Source: Tubiluchus corallicola
Taxonomy: Eukaryota > Animalia > Priapulida
NCBI GenBank assembly: GCA_030141605.1
Contig: JAQGDQ010000171.1
Coordinates: 310,001 to 374,000, forward strand
DNA: 64,000 nucleotides
Direction of reading: 5' to 3'
Made by a program: the position numbers and the translations under genes. The notes under the pieces are model-generated. The model was given only the letters and a program-made list of their open reading frames with translations, was not told the origin of the DNA and ran no database searches. Below, one piece after another: positions 46,802 through 58,797 of the stretch (position 1 is the stretch's first letter; every line of letters starts with the position of its first letter).

Positions 46802-46991
46802 GGTGGCGGATTCACAAAGCTTCTTACGAACTATTTTATTCGTAATATCATTCGTAAAAACATTTTTAGGCTTACAATGGAATTCACAAAGCTTTCCTAA
46901 CCTAATAAGGTTGTTAAATGCGATTGTGAGTTTACGAAAACAAAAATAATCTTACGAAGTTGCTTACGAACGTGTTAGTGAATCCGGCCAG
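46802..46991. mobile_element. Small Harbinger-like MITE
   Basis: GGCGGATTCACAAAGC / TTAGTGAATCCGGCC ends; internal CTTACGAA / TTCGTAA motifs. Confidence 0.6.
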
Positions 46992-47751
46992 ATGCTTAAC
47001 TACAGAAACACGCAGTAGACAGGGCGCAAGTGTTTTTAATTTACGCCGGCGTCCCCTCACCCTCCCTTATGGGTGACTCATGCTAGTACAAATACCAACT
47101 TATAATATAGTGCTAATATTAGAAGGGCTCAATATCGTGCTTGTAAATGATATTCGGCATAATTCAACAGATCAATAGGCAAATTCAGAGCGAGACACCT
47201 CTCCGTTACTGTTTGCAAAGGAAATTGACTGATAAAACTGGCAAGTTTGTGGCAGTAGAATATCATAGATTTGTGCGAACCGCTGTTCAGTGTGAGAAAG
47301 GTAAATACACGGTGTTGCATACACGTTCACTGTTGCATGCTGTTTTCCCGCAGGTGTGCGTTCGGTGGAGATCAGTGCGCCAGCATCCCTTTCTGGGGCA
47401 CTACTAGACGTTGAGTTCTTTGTTAGGGAAGATTATACGCTATAGATAAGTGACTGCAGTGACAGGCTGCCAAAAGTCATTATCCCAGTATTCCTTTGAG
47501 ACAGTAAATAATTGTGTTGCTTGCGGTAGTTCTTTATTAAGAGATACATTTCTCACTTAGATAAGACTAATAATTATTTTATCAATAAAAAGGACTTCAT
47601 AATCTGGAGTGTATCTAATACTATAGCTACATAATAAGTGTTACTTATGTCGAAGTTCACACTAAAATAAAAAGTTTTTGACACCCGTATCTTGTATTAC
47701 TAACACCTTTTTAATTTTAGTTGGGCGTTTATTCAGTTTACGAGCGCAATA

Positions 47752-48438
47752 TAGGGTTGCCACCACTCCTGGTTTGGCCCGGAGTCTCCTGAAATTCACC
47801 CGCAGATCCGAAGTCCTGATTTCGGCCATCGCATTTGAAATTCAGGTAAAAAAAACCTGAAACACAATTTACATGTTAAGCTAAAAACAGCGGAGTCTCT
47901 TGTTAATTAAAATATCAGTAAACTTATTAGTTTAATTCTGTTGTAACGCTTCATCTTATCACTCGTCTGCTTCTTTCGCCAATTTTTACTGCAGCAGCAA
48001 GTGTGCTCGACTTGTCTTCGACCATTTGCACACTTTGCTTGAGCCAATTTGGTCTACAGGTCTTGATAACAGAAAAGGCAGAGAAGATTTAGATTAAATT
48101 CAGGTAACAAAGTTCTTAATAATTAGTTCGCTAAAAACTATCTCCAATACACCTCAGAATGTGAGGAATGTATGTATATATGATTGGGAAGGCACTCCAA
48201 AAATAGACGTAACCGCTTGCGCTTTTGTAAGACCTTTAGGGCTTTTTAGCTATCTAAAATCAAAAAATTTGTACTAAAATCAAAAAATTTGCAGGTTAGG
48301 TATCTTAATTTTTGTTTCCGAAAAAGGGTACATAATACGTTGAAAAAATGCGAAATGCATCGGTTTGCAGTAGGACCGATGGTCCCCCTAACTGATTTCT
48401 GACTCCTGATTTCGAGGCTTGAGGAGATGCCAACCCTA
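47752..48438. mobile_element. hAT-family MITE
   Basis: TAGGGTTGCCA...TGCCAACCCTA termini; subterminal CTCCTGA repeats; TSD unclear. Confidence 0.8.
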
Positions 48439-49324
48439 AATTAATACTGTGGTGGCTCTGTGTGGAGGCGTGATTCACGTGATTGCACTTTGCTGTACAT
48501 ACAGTACCTGCAGGTAAACATGTAATTAGGCTTAATGGTGAATCGCTGATTCATGTTATTGAAGGAGGTGGCGATTAAATTAAGGGCTCTACATGGGGAG
48601 CAAAGATCAATGGACAAAACCATAATTGTTTTTATTTCTTGACTAGTGTTTCAAAACGAGTGTTTAAAAAAGGGGAGGGGGAGAAATACTGTAGACACGC
48701 TTGATCTATTTTTATTTCACCTTTTTAGATTGTTTTAAGCAAGCAATTATAATCTTGTTCATTTTGCGCTTTTACAAAGCTTGTTGTATAATGGAAACTT
48801 GTAGTAATTACCCATGCAAATTTCTTGCAACTCTGTTTGTCTTCCCAAAAAATTCTCTCGCTGAAAATTCGCGTGAAATAAATTGTAAGGCGTTCAGAAT
48901 TTTCTGATTCAATTTCCTGTTGCAGTACAGCGCAATTTTCTTTGATAAAATTACATTAATAAGCCTTCGTGGTTTGCGAATTGCTCGTAAAGAACGCTTT
49001 CGTTATTCGGACACGTCGCTTTGATGTTATTGGAAAATTTTCTTTTTTAATTAATCATGAAATGCGCGTACATATTGAACCCTAGCAGCTGAGTGGCTTT
49101 GAAGAGAAGCAGCAAGCTTGAACTGTGTGGTGTACAAGAAGTAAGTTTAACTAGCTTCCGTCAACATCATTTACGAGCAAATTTTTAAAAATACAGTTCA
49201 TTCATAAACGAAAGCAATTCCCTCTCAGAAATATCCCTAAACATTTAATTGTCTATTTGCAAACTATAACGCTAGTTCAAGTTATTTTAACAATGAGAGT
49301 TTTTGCATTTCTCTACAATATTAT

Positions 49325-49710
49325 TCCAACCGCGCCATTACATGACGTCATATACGTAAATCAGGGGCAGAAAAGGAAATGTTAAACTATGCCCCAAAAA
49401 ACTTTCCATGCAAAGTTATATTACATACCATTTCGCTTACGTGCTGGAAAGGCTTATGTAACTAGAAAAGAAAATCATTAATTACTGTGTTTAAAATGTT
49501 TTCACCAATTGGTAAAATGTCGTTGACTCACGGCCAGGGTGCACCACTCACAAACAAAAAACATATTTTTAATTTTATCGACAAGATACAGTAATTTAAA
49601 ATTTTACTTGGTTAGTGACGTGTGCGCTACGAATGCTCTGATTATTATTTCGAACTTCACATAGTGTTATCTAAACTTCTTTTAAATGACTTATCGTCAA
49701 AATGGCTGCG
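49325..49710 (+). mobile_element. Family B (Kolobok-like) internal fragment
   Basis: Colinear with ~17145-17520 (CGCCATTACATGACGTCA...CAAGATACAGTAATTTAAAATTTTACTT...). Confidence 0.8.
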
Positions 49711-50482
49711 TCTAACGGTCATCTCGTGAGTGTGAATTACATGTTTTATACAGCATTACTGCCGACACAAGCCCTGTATACAAAAACGCAGTATGTAAAT
49801 GGTATAAAATTGCAAAACGACTATTTTAAGCTTTCTGTAAGTGGAGGGTTTTCTTGTACTTTACGTCAAGATATGATTACGCTTAAACTTTACTAAGGAA
49901 ATAACTCATTCATAAAAGTTTTAAGTAATTGTGACCACTATTTACGACATCAGAATTCTGAAAATTTACAAAATGTTTCGAATTTTTTGTTGTATATACT
50001 TGCATTGCTAATCTATGGGGAATCTCAGCTCAAGATATTTACTTTTAAGCTAGACAGCTTCTATCTGTCTCAGTTTCATAATTTTTCACTCTCTTTTCGC
50101 CCTGCACTTTATTACGAGAGCCTGAGAAGTTTCACCTCTTCTAAGTCTGACGTATAAACATCAACAAACTGTCATGTAGACATATCTCTGGGCTGTGTGA
50201 AACATGGGGTGCTTCTCTTCAACGTACCGCTAGGAAAATACTTGAAAAGACTTCAGCTGGGCCGGTGCTTCGAAGACAACTACTGACATACTGTTTGTGT
50301 ATAGGCCTTCTGAAAACAGACTTTCCTGGTTTTTTGTTATCCGAGAAATCTTTCAAAGTCATTGGTGTTTGTAATGTCATTTTCTGCAGATACATTGCCT
50401 AATTATTTAATCTATTTTGTGAAAAGTCGGTATATTTGAATCTGTGTTGAGGGTTAGAATATCGTTCACAAGTTGCCGCTGC

Positions 50483-50779
50483 GCTCACGCATGAGCTGTC
50501 GAACGTGTGCAGTTCGTCACAAACTAACACATCTGAAGTGAGAGGCACGGCACCTATTTTTATGCAATACCTTTACGAAATGCAAGCGCTATAATGTCCG
50601 TCTAACTAACAGTGAAATGCACATAACAGCGAAGAACTAGTGGCGCGAACGTTAAATTGTGTTTGTGTGGTAATAATTCTTGTCGAAAGTCATTTTTGAA
50701 AAAATAGTATGTTTCCTTTCAATGTTTTAAAGAGTAGATTGTTTTGACCTACAGCTTAAGATTATGTCCGGTTTTGCTT
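50483..50779 (-). mobile_element. Family A (Kolobok-like) partial copy, reverse orientation
   Basis: Reverse complement of the first ~300 bp of 27607-28243. Confidence 0.8.
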
Positions 50780-51461
50780 ATACCCTGCACCCCAAATATA
50801 ACCAATATCCCCTTGATCGCTATACGTATATATATATATATATATTATATTTACTGAAATGCGTGTTAGGACCATATTGTTCGAGCACATTTCGCAATGT
50901 TTGGAGATGTTCTAGTGATCCCCTCAGACGGACAGCCATTGCTTTCAATTAGTATGTAATTCTGTTCATAAATGATAAATGGGCTTCTGTCCACTTTGCG
51001 ACCGAGAGCGAGCTGGTATGGCTACTTGCAGCTGCAAGCCATGCGTTGCTTCCTGTGTGTCAACGCCTACAAACATTACACATGCTAATCAAATGCAAAT
51101 GTCAGTTTGGCCACTAATTAATGATCGTCATTTGGTTGGGTGTTTCGCGAGCGAGAGAGGCTGGGAGAACAGCGGAGCCCTTGAAACCACAGACATAGTT
51201 TTCTGGGCTCACAAAGGACTAATTGAGACCTTTTTTAGTTTCTTTGGTATTTTGTTTTCTCTTGAAATGTGGGATGTTAATATAATCAGACTGAACGTTT
51301 TTTTTGTATCTTAAGGAAGCTCTCGAAAAGCATATTATTAGAAATTAGTAGTTGTTGATCTTCACTGTAGTTCCTAGTCAGAGATAAAATAAACGCAAAG
51401 AACGATTGATTAAAACATCATGATGCAAATACTTATTTACAATAATACTACAAGGTTAGAC

Positions 51462-51809
51462 ATACACGGTGAATGACAGTAATAATACAAAATTCTAAAT
51501 ATGCCTACTACACCCACCGCTGAACGGGCTATCTATCCATACCCAGCACCCCCCTCGGCCCGTTCCCGTTCTCTACATCTCAGCCGTATAACTTTTGCAA
51601 AAAAACGCCCGAAAATGGCCATTTTTGGAGGTTTTTCGCCCTCCGTTCCTCCCGGTGGGCCCGATTCGAAAAATAAACCATCAATGGCACGACACTAGAT
51701 CGAGACCTTTCGTTTGATATATAGATCGCCGCATATGGTGCCCTCGTCCGGGCTGTAGCCTCGAATCTTATATATTAAGCCCATACCAAGAATATTAATA
51801 TAAGAGATA
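51462..51809. mobile_element. GC-rich insertion of unknown class between 10-bp direct repeats
   Basis: AAGGTTAGAC at 51452-51461 and 51810-51819; composition contrasts with the flanks. Confidence 0.55.
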
Positions 51810-52599
51810 AAGGTTAGACGTCACATTGATTTACAATAATAATTGTTAGTAACTATTTAATCTGTGCACAGTTACGTACTATATAAGTACTTTAGAGGAC
51901 CTCTATGTAATATATATAGGGAACTATTCCTGCCTGCACTTTTATAACATCATATGCATTATGGCATATTCGCTTTACGTAGTTAATGATACAAAAGTTA
52001 ATTACGCAGTTAATGATACATTGAGACAAAATCAAATGGCTTTAAAGTTATTCGTTATACAATTAACCTACAGAAGACTACGTTCTTACTATGTACAGAA
52101 TACATAATCAGACTGACAGCAAAATAAATCTAGTTTTAACTTTACATATACACAGTAATTGTCCTATCGGAAATACGTTTCCGACAACAAAAGTGACAGA
52201 GCTTTTTCTTTTTCTATGTTTTAAAATAGTCATCCTATACTGCAACACACATTCTGCACACTAAATTTAGTTCGGCTTGGAATCAAACGATATAATACTT
52301 GACCGGCTCCATAAGCTAATTTATTGTTAATTTACTGAAACGGTACTTGGGTTTCGAAAATTGCTTTTTGCAACAATGAATGAAATTAGTTGCTGGTGAT
52401 TAAGTCTTGTTGTAATTAAATGTGATCCAAAATTACGAAAATGCGAGACTCGGTTTTTCAGTTTACATGCATTGACGGAGTATTATTAGTATTAGTACTA
52501 GTAACTTTTGGGTATTATTAGTAAGAGCGGCGGCTCTTTCGTGTGCCCCTACACATTTTTACTGTATTAGAGATCTGTTTTTGACGGAGTAGTTGAGCT

Positions 52600-53217
52600 A
52601 GGCCCATTTCACAGTGAGGAAGCAAGGAAAAATGACGCACAGAATCGCTGTCAGAAAATTCTCTGAAAATTTCCGATTTTTCTCGAAATTCCGTGCAGCA
52701 AGAAAACTCATTCACAATGAAACTGCGCAGGTTTTTTTCGCGCGTGCAATTAGCAACAGCTACTTTATACTGTATAACCTTGCCTAAAATAAGTTGTACT
52801 TTTCATACACAAAGTACAATTAATAATGTTAGTCAGTGTAATGTCAGACCTGTTTGTTTTTTAACAAAGTTCTACTAACCAGTTCAAAATCCGATAATAT
52901 GTATGTAAAATAAATATATGCCTGCGTTATTTTTCCTTTTCACGAATACAGCCATCGATGTTGCATTAATGAAGCATAAAATCGTCAGTCTGTTAAAAAT
53001 AGCTTCTAACCTGCATAGCTTCTAGCTGGCAGAAGGGTTCCTCGTGAGGAGGACGTATAGCTTCTAACTGACAGCAGGAACTGCACTGGGAATTTTGCTG
53101 CGCGTCCTCACTGTGAAATGCACCACAGAAAACAATGCGTTCCATTTTCGTATGGAAAGCCGCAAGGAATTTCTCCTCGAGGCATTGTGCTGCGCGTCCT
53201 TAGTGTGAGTAGGGCCT
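52600..53217. mobile_element. PIF/Harbinger-like MITE
   Basis: AGGCCCATTTCACAGTGAGGA / TCCTTAGTGTGAGTAGGGCCT ends; inner repeat TCCTCACTGTGAAATG. Confidence 0.7.
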
Positions 53218-54026
53218 TAGTCTAAGTTACTCTGGCAAACCTGAACATTTTCTCTAACTAACAACTGACTCGGTTAAATCCCAAATCTTGTTTCGTATTA
53301 TAGTCAATCAATGAGTACTGGCAATAATTCCTGAGTAATATTCCAGGGCAATTGGGATTTCGCGTTTTGCAATTGGTCCCAGCGAGTGATCGCGAATGGA
53401 TTGAGATGATCAAATTGGCAGTTATTTACAAAATTGCCGCCAGGGGAACGAGGACGTTTAAATTGGGCTTCTGTCAACAGCAATGCCCCAAATGGCATTG
53501 CATGTACGTCGTGTACTAATGAACGCGCTTCCCTAAACTCCATATGTATTAATGAATGTAGCATTGAAATCCACGGCTTGGGTAATGAGAGGATGCTTAT
53601 AAATTAGCGAAATAAATAGCTTTGCTTCTTAAAGATGTTCATTGCTGAATGATTTTGTGAGAAGTGCATGTAGTGAATTTTAAGCTGTCGACTACGACAC
53701 CTATCTAGGGTTATTTAGTAGAGTATGGAGATATTACAATTTTTATCGGAATTTAAAAGCGCTAAAAATCTGTCTAAGCGATTTGCCTGTTAATGACTCA
53801 AGACAATAAAAATGGGTGAGTGAGGCGACAGATTCATGTTTTCATGTTTAGATGCTGTTTTGCCAAAGAACGATTTTGCTCAAGGTCTTGTTCTACGAGA
53901 TTGTCTAAATATAATTCAGTAACCTGCATAATTCAGTTTATACCTGCATAGTTGAAAATTATTATTTATGAGATTCAACTGTTATGATACAGAATTAAAA
54001 TAATAGTAATTAATTTTTATTACTAA

Positions 54027-54061
54027 AGAAAGGGAGAGAGAGAGAGAGAGAGAAAGAGTGA

Positions 54062-54097
<36 letters not shown>

Positions 54098-54169
54098 AAG
54101 AGTGAGAGAGAGACAGACAGAGAAAGAGAGAGAGGGGGAGGGAGAGAGAGATGGAAGGAGGGAGAGAGA

Positions 54170-54233
<64 letters not shown>
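54027..54233. repeat. Compound (GA)n/(GT)n microsatellite
   Basis: Directly visible. Confidence 0.98.
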
Positions 54234-54236
<3 letters not shown>

Positions 54237-56199
54237 GTGCCTTTATAATGTAAATCATCAAAGCTAACTGAAATCGAATATCGGCAGCCAATAAAAAGCT
54301 GTTTAATGTTCCTTGCGTGCTCGTAAACTCTTGCGCTTCCGTGAACAACCCAAGTCATCGAATGTCTTACAGTATCTGTGGACTAGCAAAATAAGGAAAC
54401 GTGCACCACTGTAGTGCACAAATAATTTATGGCATGTTGTAGGTTTTTCTTTTGAACCTAATTTAATAAATAAGATTCTTTGTACAATGGATTCGGTTTT
54501 TGCTTTCGATTGAAAAAACCAAACTATGTCAGACTGTATTTATCAAGCAATGCTAAATTACCAGAAAACGTATTATTTACTTATCACCCAAATTAATTAT
54601 TTTTCAGAAAAACTACGTATTTCTCAGAAATGCATTTTATTTATTGGAAAACTTTAGAGGAAGACTGATATGGCCGCAACAAATTGCCATTCTAACTCTA
54701 ATAACAATTTTCTCGTAGACTTTCCACTTATTTATTATTGATAAGCTGTGGCAGATGTATTCATTATGGTAAATTAGAAAATGGTTGCTGTCCACGTCGA
54801 GTATGGCGTGTTTTCCTGGCCTGTCACATTACATTATTATCTGCGTCTGTAAGTAGCACATTGAAAACAGTTGAACTAGTATTGAAGCGAAAGTGCACTC
54901 ACGAGTTCAACTACCCCAAATTCTAATCTCGCATAGAGCTCTTTAACTTATAGGATAAAATTGGAAATTTAATGAAAGTCTGTTGTGTTAAAGGCTTATT
55001 TCCCCCTGCAATATATTGGTGTTAATTGTAAATTCTTGGTTTCTTCCTCCAACAATAATCTATTATAAATAGCTTGGACCCAATCTTGTGGAACGTTGAA
55101 TGAGATAGACGGCACATACAATGGTTTTTAATTGTCCACTAAACAACGACGACAACAACGACAGAACTGACCACTTGTTATCCAGCCGCCCCATTTTTGA
55201 AATGGGGGACAACGGGTACAATGTCTTTAACTGTACATAATTGATTGATTGATTATAATTTCATTTCAAACAAGAAGAAAATCCGTGAAATTAAAATAGC
55301 CTTAACTAAAATCTATTTTCTAAAAATAAAGATTAAATTAATTGGACACAAACACATGTATACAAGTAAACGATTATACGAATATAATTACGTTATTAAT
55401 TCACAATTAATAAATATAAATTCAACTAGTAAACTCGTTAGATCTATGGAACAGAAGTGACTTCCATTTCGCAGGCAGAGTAGAATGAATATAAGTGCCA
55501 CACTCTAAAATAAATTTAATGTATGATGTACAACAGTAGACTAAACTTTACAGCTGCTCATTCCTAAAAAATTCAGCATTTGCTTAGTCACAATTTGCCC
55601 AAACGTCCTTCCCAATACTTATTAAGTTGATGGCGTTATACATATACGTCTGCCGTGATTGAGTTAACCAGTCCTAGTTCTCCAGGCATTGATTGCTAAA
55701 CTGAATTACGTTGAGCTAAACACACGTGGTGGACCTGAATGACACGCATCAAGTTAATTGATGTAAACTTCAGTCAGATATTGGAGTTTTCTTTATACCG
55801 TGGCTCGTGTGTCACACGTATTACTGTGTTTTTCTGTTTGCTACGTTAAAGTAACTTACCATAAAGTCCAGCCGTACTTTGTTTTGACCTACATTAAAAA
55901 ATCCTATGGGGTAATCGCATGGCTTTTCTAAACTTTAAACACCTATGCAATTTAGGCTATTAACATCAGACTGGTCACTGATTTTGAGTTGTGTTTCGAT
56001 ATACATGTGGTTGAATTCTGATTGTCTAAAGTTAATAGTATTATACTGAAGCGGTACTTTTGGGTTTATGAAGTTTTAATCAGCTATGATGTTTAATAAA
56101 AAACAAATCAACGATTTGGCTTTTTTTGTCCGAGCGTTTTTGGCATTTTATTTTATTTCTTCTTATTTCACATATAATTTGAAATAACTACTTATCAGA

Positions 56200-56930
56200 A
56201 TTCAAAAACTTCAATATATTTTTGATAAATTTAAAATTGCCTGCAGTAAAGGTACAGTACTGGGTAAGAAATTCCATATTTGAACGACACGCTTGGAGAA
56301 GAAAAACCGAAAACCTTTTTTATTCGTTCTACGAACATACGGCCTTAGACTATGGTTACTTTTTGTCCTATCAATCAGTGCTCTTGTAAAAAATTTTAGA
56401 ATCCAAATCAACATTTCTATGTAATATTTTGTAACACTAATGATAAAATCGTTTAGTAATCATCTAACCATCGTAAATGAAGGGTTTTGAGTCTTTTTGA
56501 ATGGTTTCATACGTAAGTTCAGATTTAGAGTATAATCGCCTTCTAAAATATTTTTGTACATTTTCAACTATATCTACATCACCCACACAATGACGGGCTC
56601 CATATAGGGAAGCAATATTGAGCTGTAGGCCTCACATAAACTTTAAATGGTTTTAGTTAACATGGAAATATATTTCTTTGCTTTTGCAAATAAAAATTAG
56701 TACGAAACAGTTGCAATAGTCCTTCACTTGAGATAATGTATTTTAATTATACTAAATTCTAATTCTTTGAAAGAGGTAATCGGACCAATAAAAGCATCTC
56801 TGGATGCTAATCTAAGATTTTTTATTTCTTTCTAGAAATAAAAATGAAAGCGATGGCGATATTTTAACCGAACGTGACCGAATATTCTATTATTAGGCAA
56901 TATTAGTCCAGTCCTTGTCCTGCACATTTC
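56200..56930 (-). mobile_element. Decayed CR1-group LINE 3' end
   Basis: Minus-strand RTKSNHSLRPY...RFFFSKRVVQIWNFLP matches the C-terminal RTRGH...FFSxRVVxxWNxLP motif; a degraded WSP motif lies upstream; many stops. Confidence 0.78.
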
Positions 56931-58144
56931 ATTCTACACCGCAGGAGGACCTAATATTGTTAAAGCATATTTTCCCTTGGAGTATAGTACCATACTTAGC
57001 CATTAAACAAATTGCTCGTGGTATTACGCCGGTTAATAACGTTCCTGTGGTGTATTTGTCAGAGAGAGGACACGACAAAAGCTATTGGATTCTTTCATGT
57101 GTGGAAACTGTCAAATATTTGTCCAAGAATCAGATACACAAACGAAATGCTGGATCAGAAAATGGTGAGCGCTCAGCAAATTAGGTCGTTGCTCTATCGG
57201 CAGTCGTTTCCTTCATAAATGCTTCATGTATTTCTACAGGGCGTCCGCAAAGTGCCGTTATGTTTCAGTTTTCTTAAGTAACCGATCGTTGTCACATTAT
57301 TGTGATTTTTACTTTAACGTGAATTCCCGAAGGAATTCAACTGAGAATTCTTCTGTTGTTTTTCGAGTGATTTTCACAAATTTCAACACTCCAAACAAAA
57401 ATATTTGGGTCACATTTGACAGAATTTAGTACCAGCGATGTCTTGCCGATTATATTCAAATCTTTCATAAGGCAAGGCAGCACAACAAAGTTGCCACAAT
57501 GAATATTTTTTGCAAATATTAGGACAATATGTAAATGTAGGCCTGTCACAACATTGAACCAATATTTTTTGTCAATATTTTTCCATATTGTGACAATATT
57601 GTCAAAAAATCAAGATTTTTTGTGCTGCCTTTGTAGAGAGGTTTTGAAAGCAATAATTTGAACTTCAAATCTAATTTCGAATCTTTTGTTAACGCTTTCC
57701 CTAAAAATGGTTTGATTTTCTTTTTGCAACAAATTACAACGAACTGAATATTTTCTTTTTACTGTCCAAAATCTTAAACTGAATTAGGTTTAATTAAATG
57801 TCTCTCCGCTGTGCTAATCTGCGTATTAGTTGAAAATACGGACAATAAATCTTACTCAGTTGGCTATTTACTCTCATCTATGACGCCAATTTATTTCGAA
57901 ATGAGCCGTTTTGTATGCTAAACCGTCATCCATCAAGGATTTATTTCTCCGGCCATGAGGGTGCTAAATTAAAATTTTATACATCGTGAATTAATGTCTA
58001 TACTTTAGAGCAGGTCTATCTGCTTGGTTTATATACATTATGTTTATAGAGGGAGCAACGTTTAAAATCAATAATTATAGCCCTATCATCCTATGCTGAC
58101 CCAGCAACTTGTGTGTGTGTGTACCTTGAACTGGACTGCCTTAA

Positions 58145-58797
58145 AAGACAAGAAAAGGGGTACCTAAAGTAGGTTTCCGAAAAATCGCCTTAAAAATTAT
58201 ATTACTTTATAGCAATTTTATACGTATATCGTATTCGCGTTGAAAAGATTTTTTGTTTGTTTTCATTTTGAATCTCCTGCAATATTGTTCCGACCGCACC
58301 ACATTACATGACATCATATATGCACAACGTAAATCGGCGGAAGAAAAGGTAATGTTAAACTGTGCCCGAAAAACTCTCCAAGCAAAGTTATATGACTTTG
58401 CATTTCGTTTACCTGCTTGAAAAAATGCGTTTTTGGCCAGTGAGTGGTGCACACTGGAAGGTGAGCCAGCGACATTTTACCAATTGACACGAACATTTTA
58501 AATTATTATTTCTAGTTACATAAGTCTTTCCAGCAGGTAAAAACGAAATGCTAAATAATATAGATTTGCATGGAAAGTTTTCTGGGACATAACTTGCCTT
58601 TTCTTCCTCCGATTTACGTTTGCGTAGTGACGTCATGTATTGGTGCCGTCGGAACAGTATTGCGGGAGATTTAGGATGAAAACAAACGAAAATTCCTTTT
58701 AACGCGACTACAATCTATACATAAAATTGCTGTAAAGTAATATAATTTTTAAGGCGATTTTTGTGAAACTTACTTCACGTACACCTTTTCTTGTCGT
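58145..58797. mobile_element. Family B (Kolobok-like) fold-back element with ~280-bp imperfect inverted arms
   Basis: GACAAGAAAAGGGGTACCT...AAAATCGCCTTAAAAATTATATTACTTTA on the left is mirrored on the right; TTAA on the left flank. Confidence 0.88.

Noticed and set aside
54010-54358. ORFs encoding (SL)n or (ER)n peptides; also 62891-63416
   Set aside because: These are translations of (GA)n/(TC)n microsatellites.
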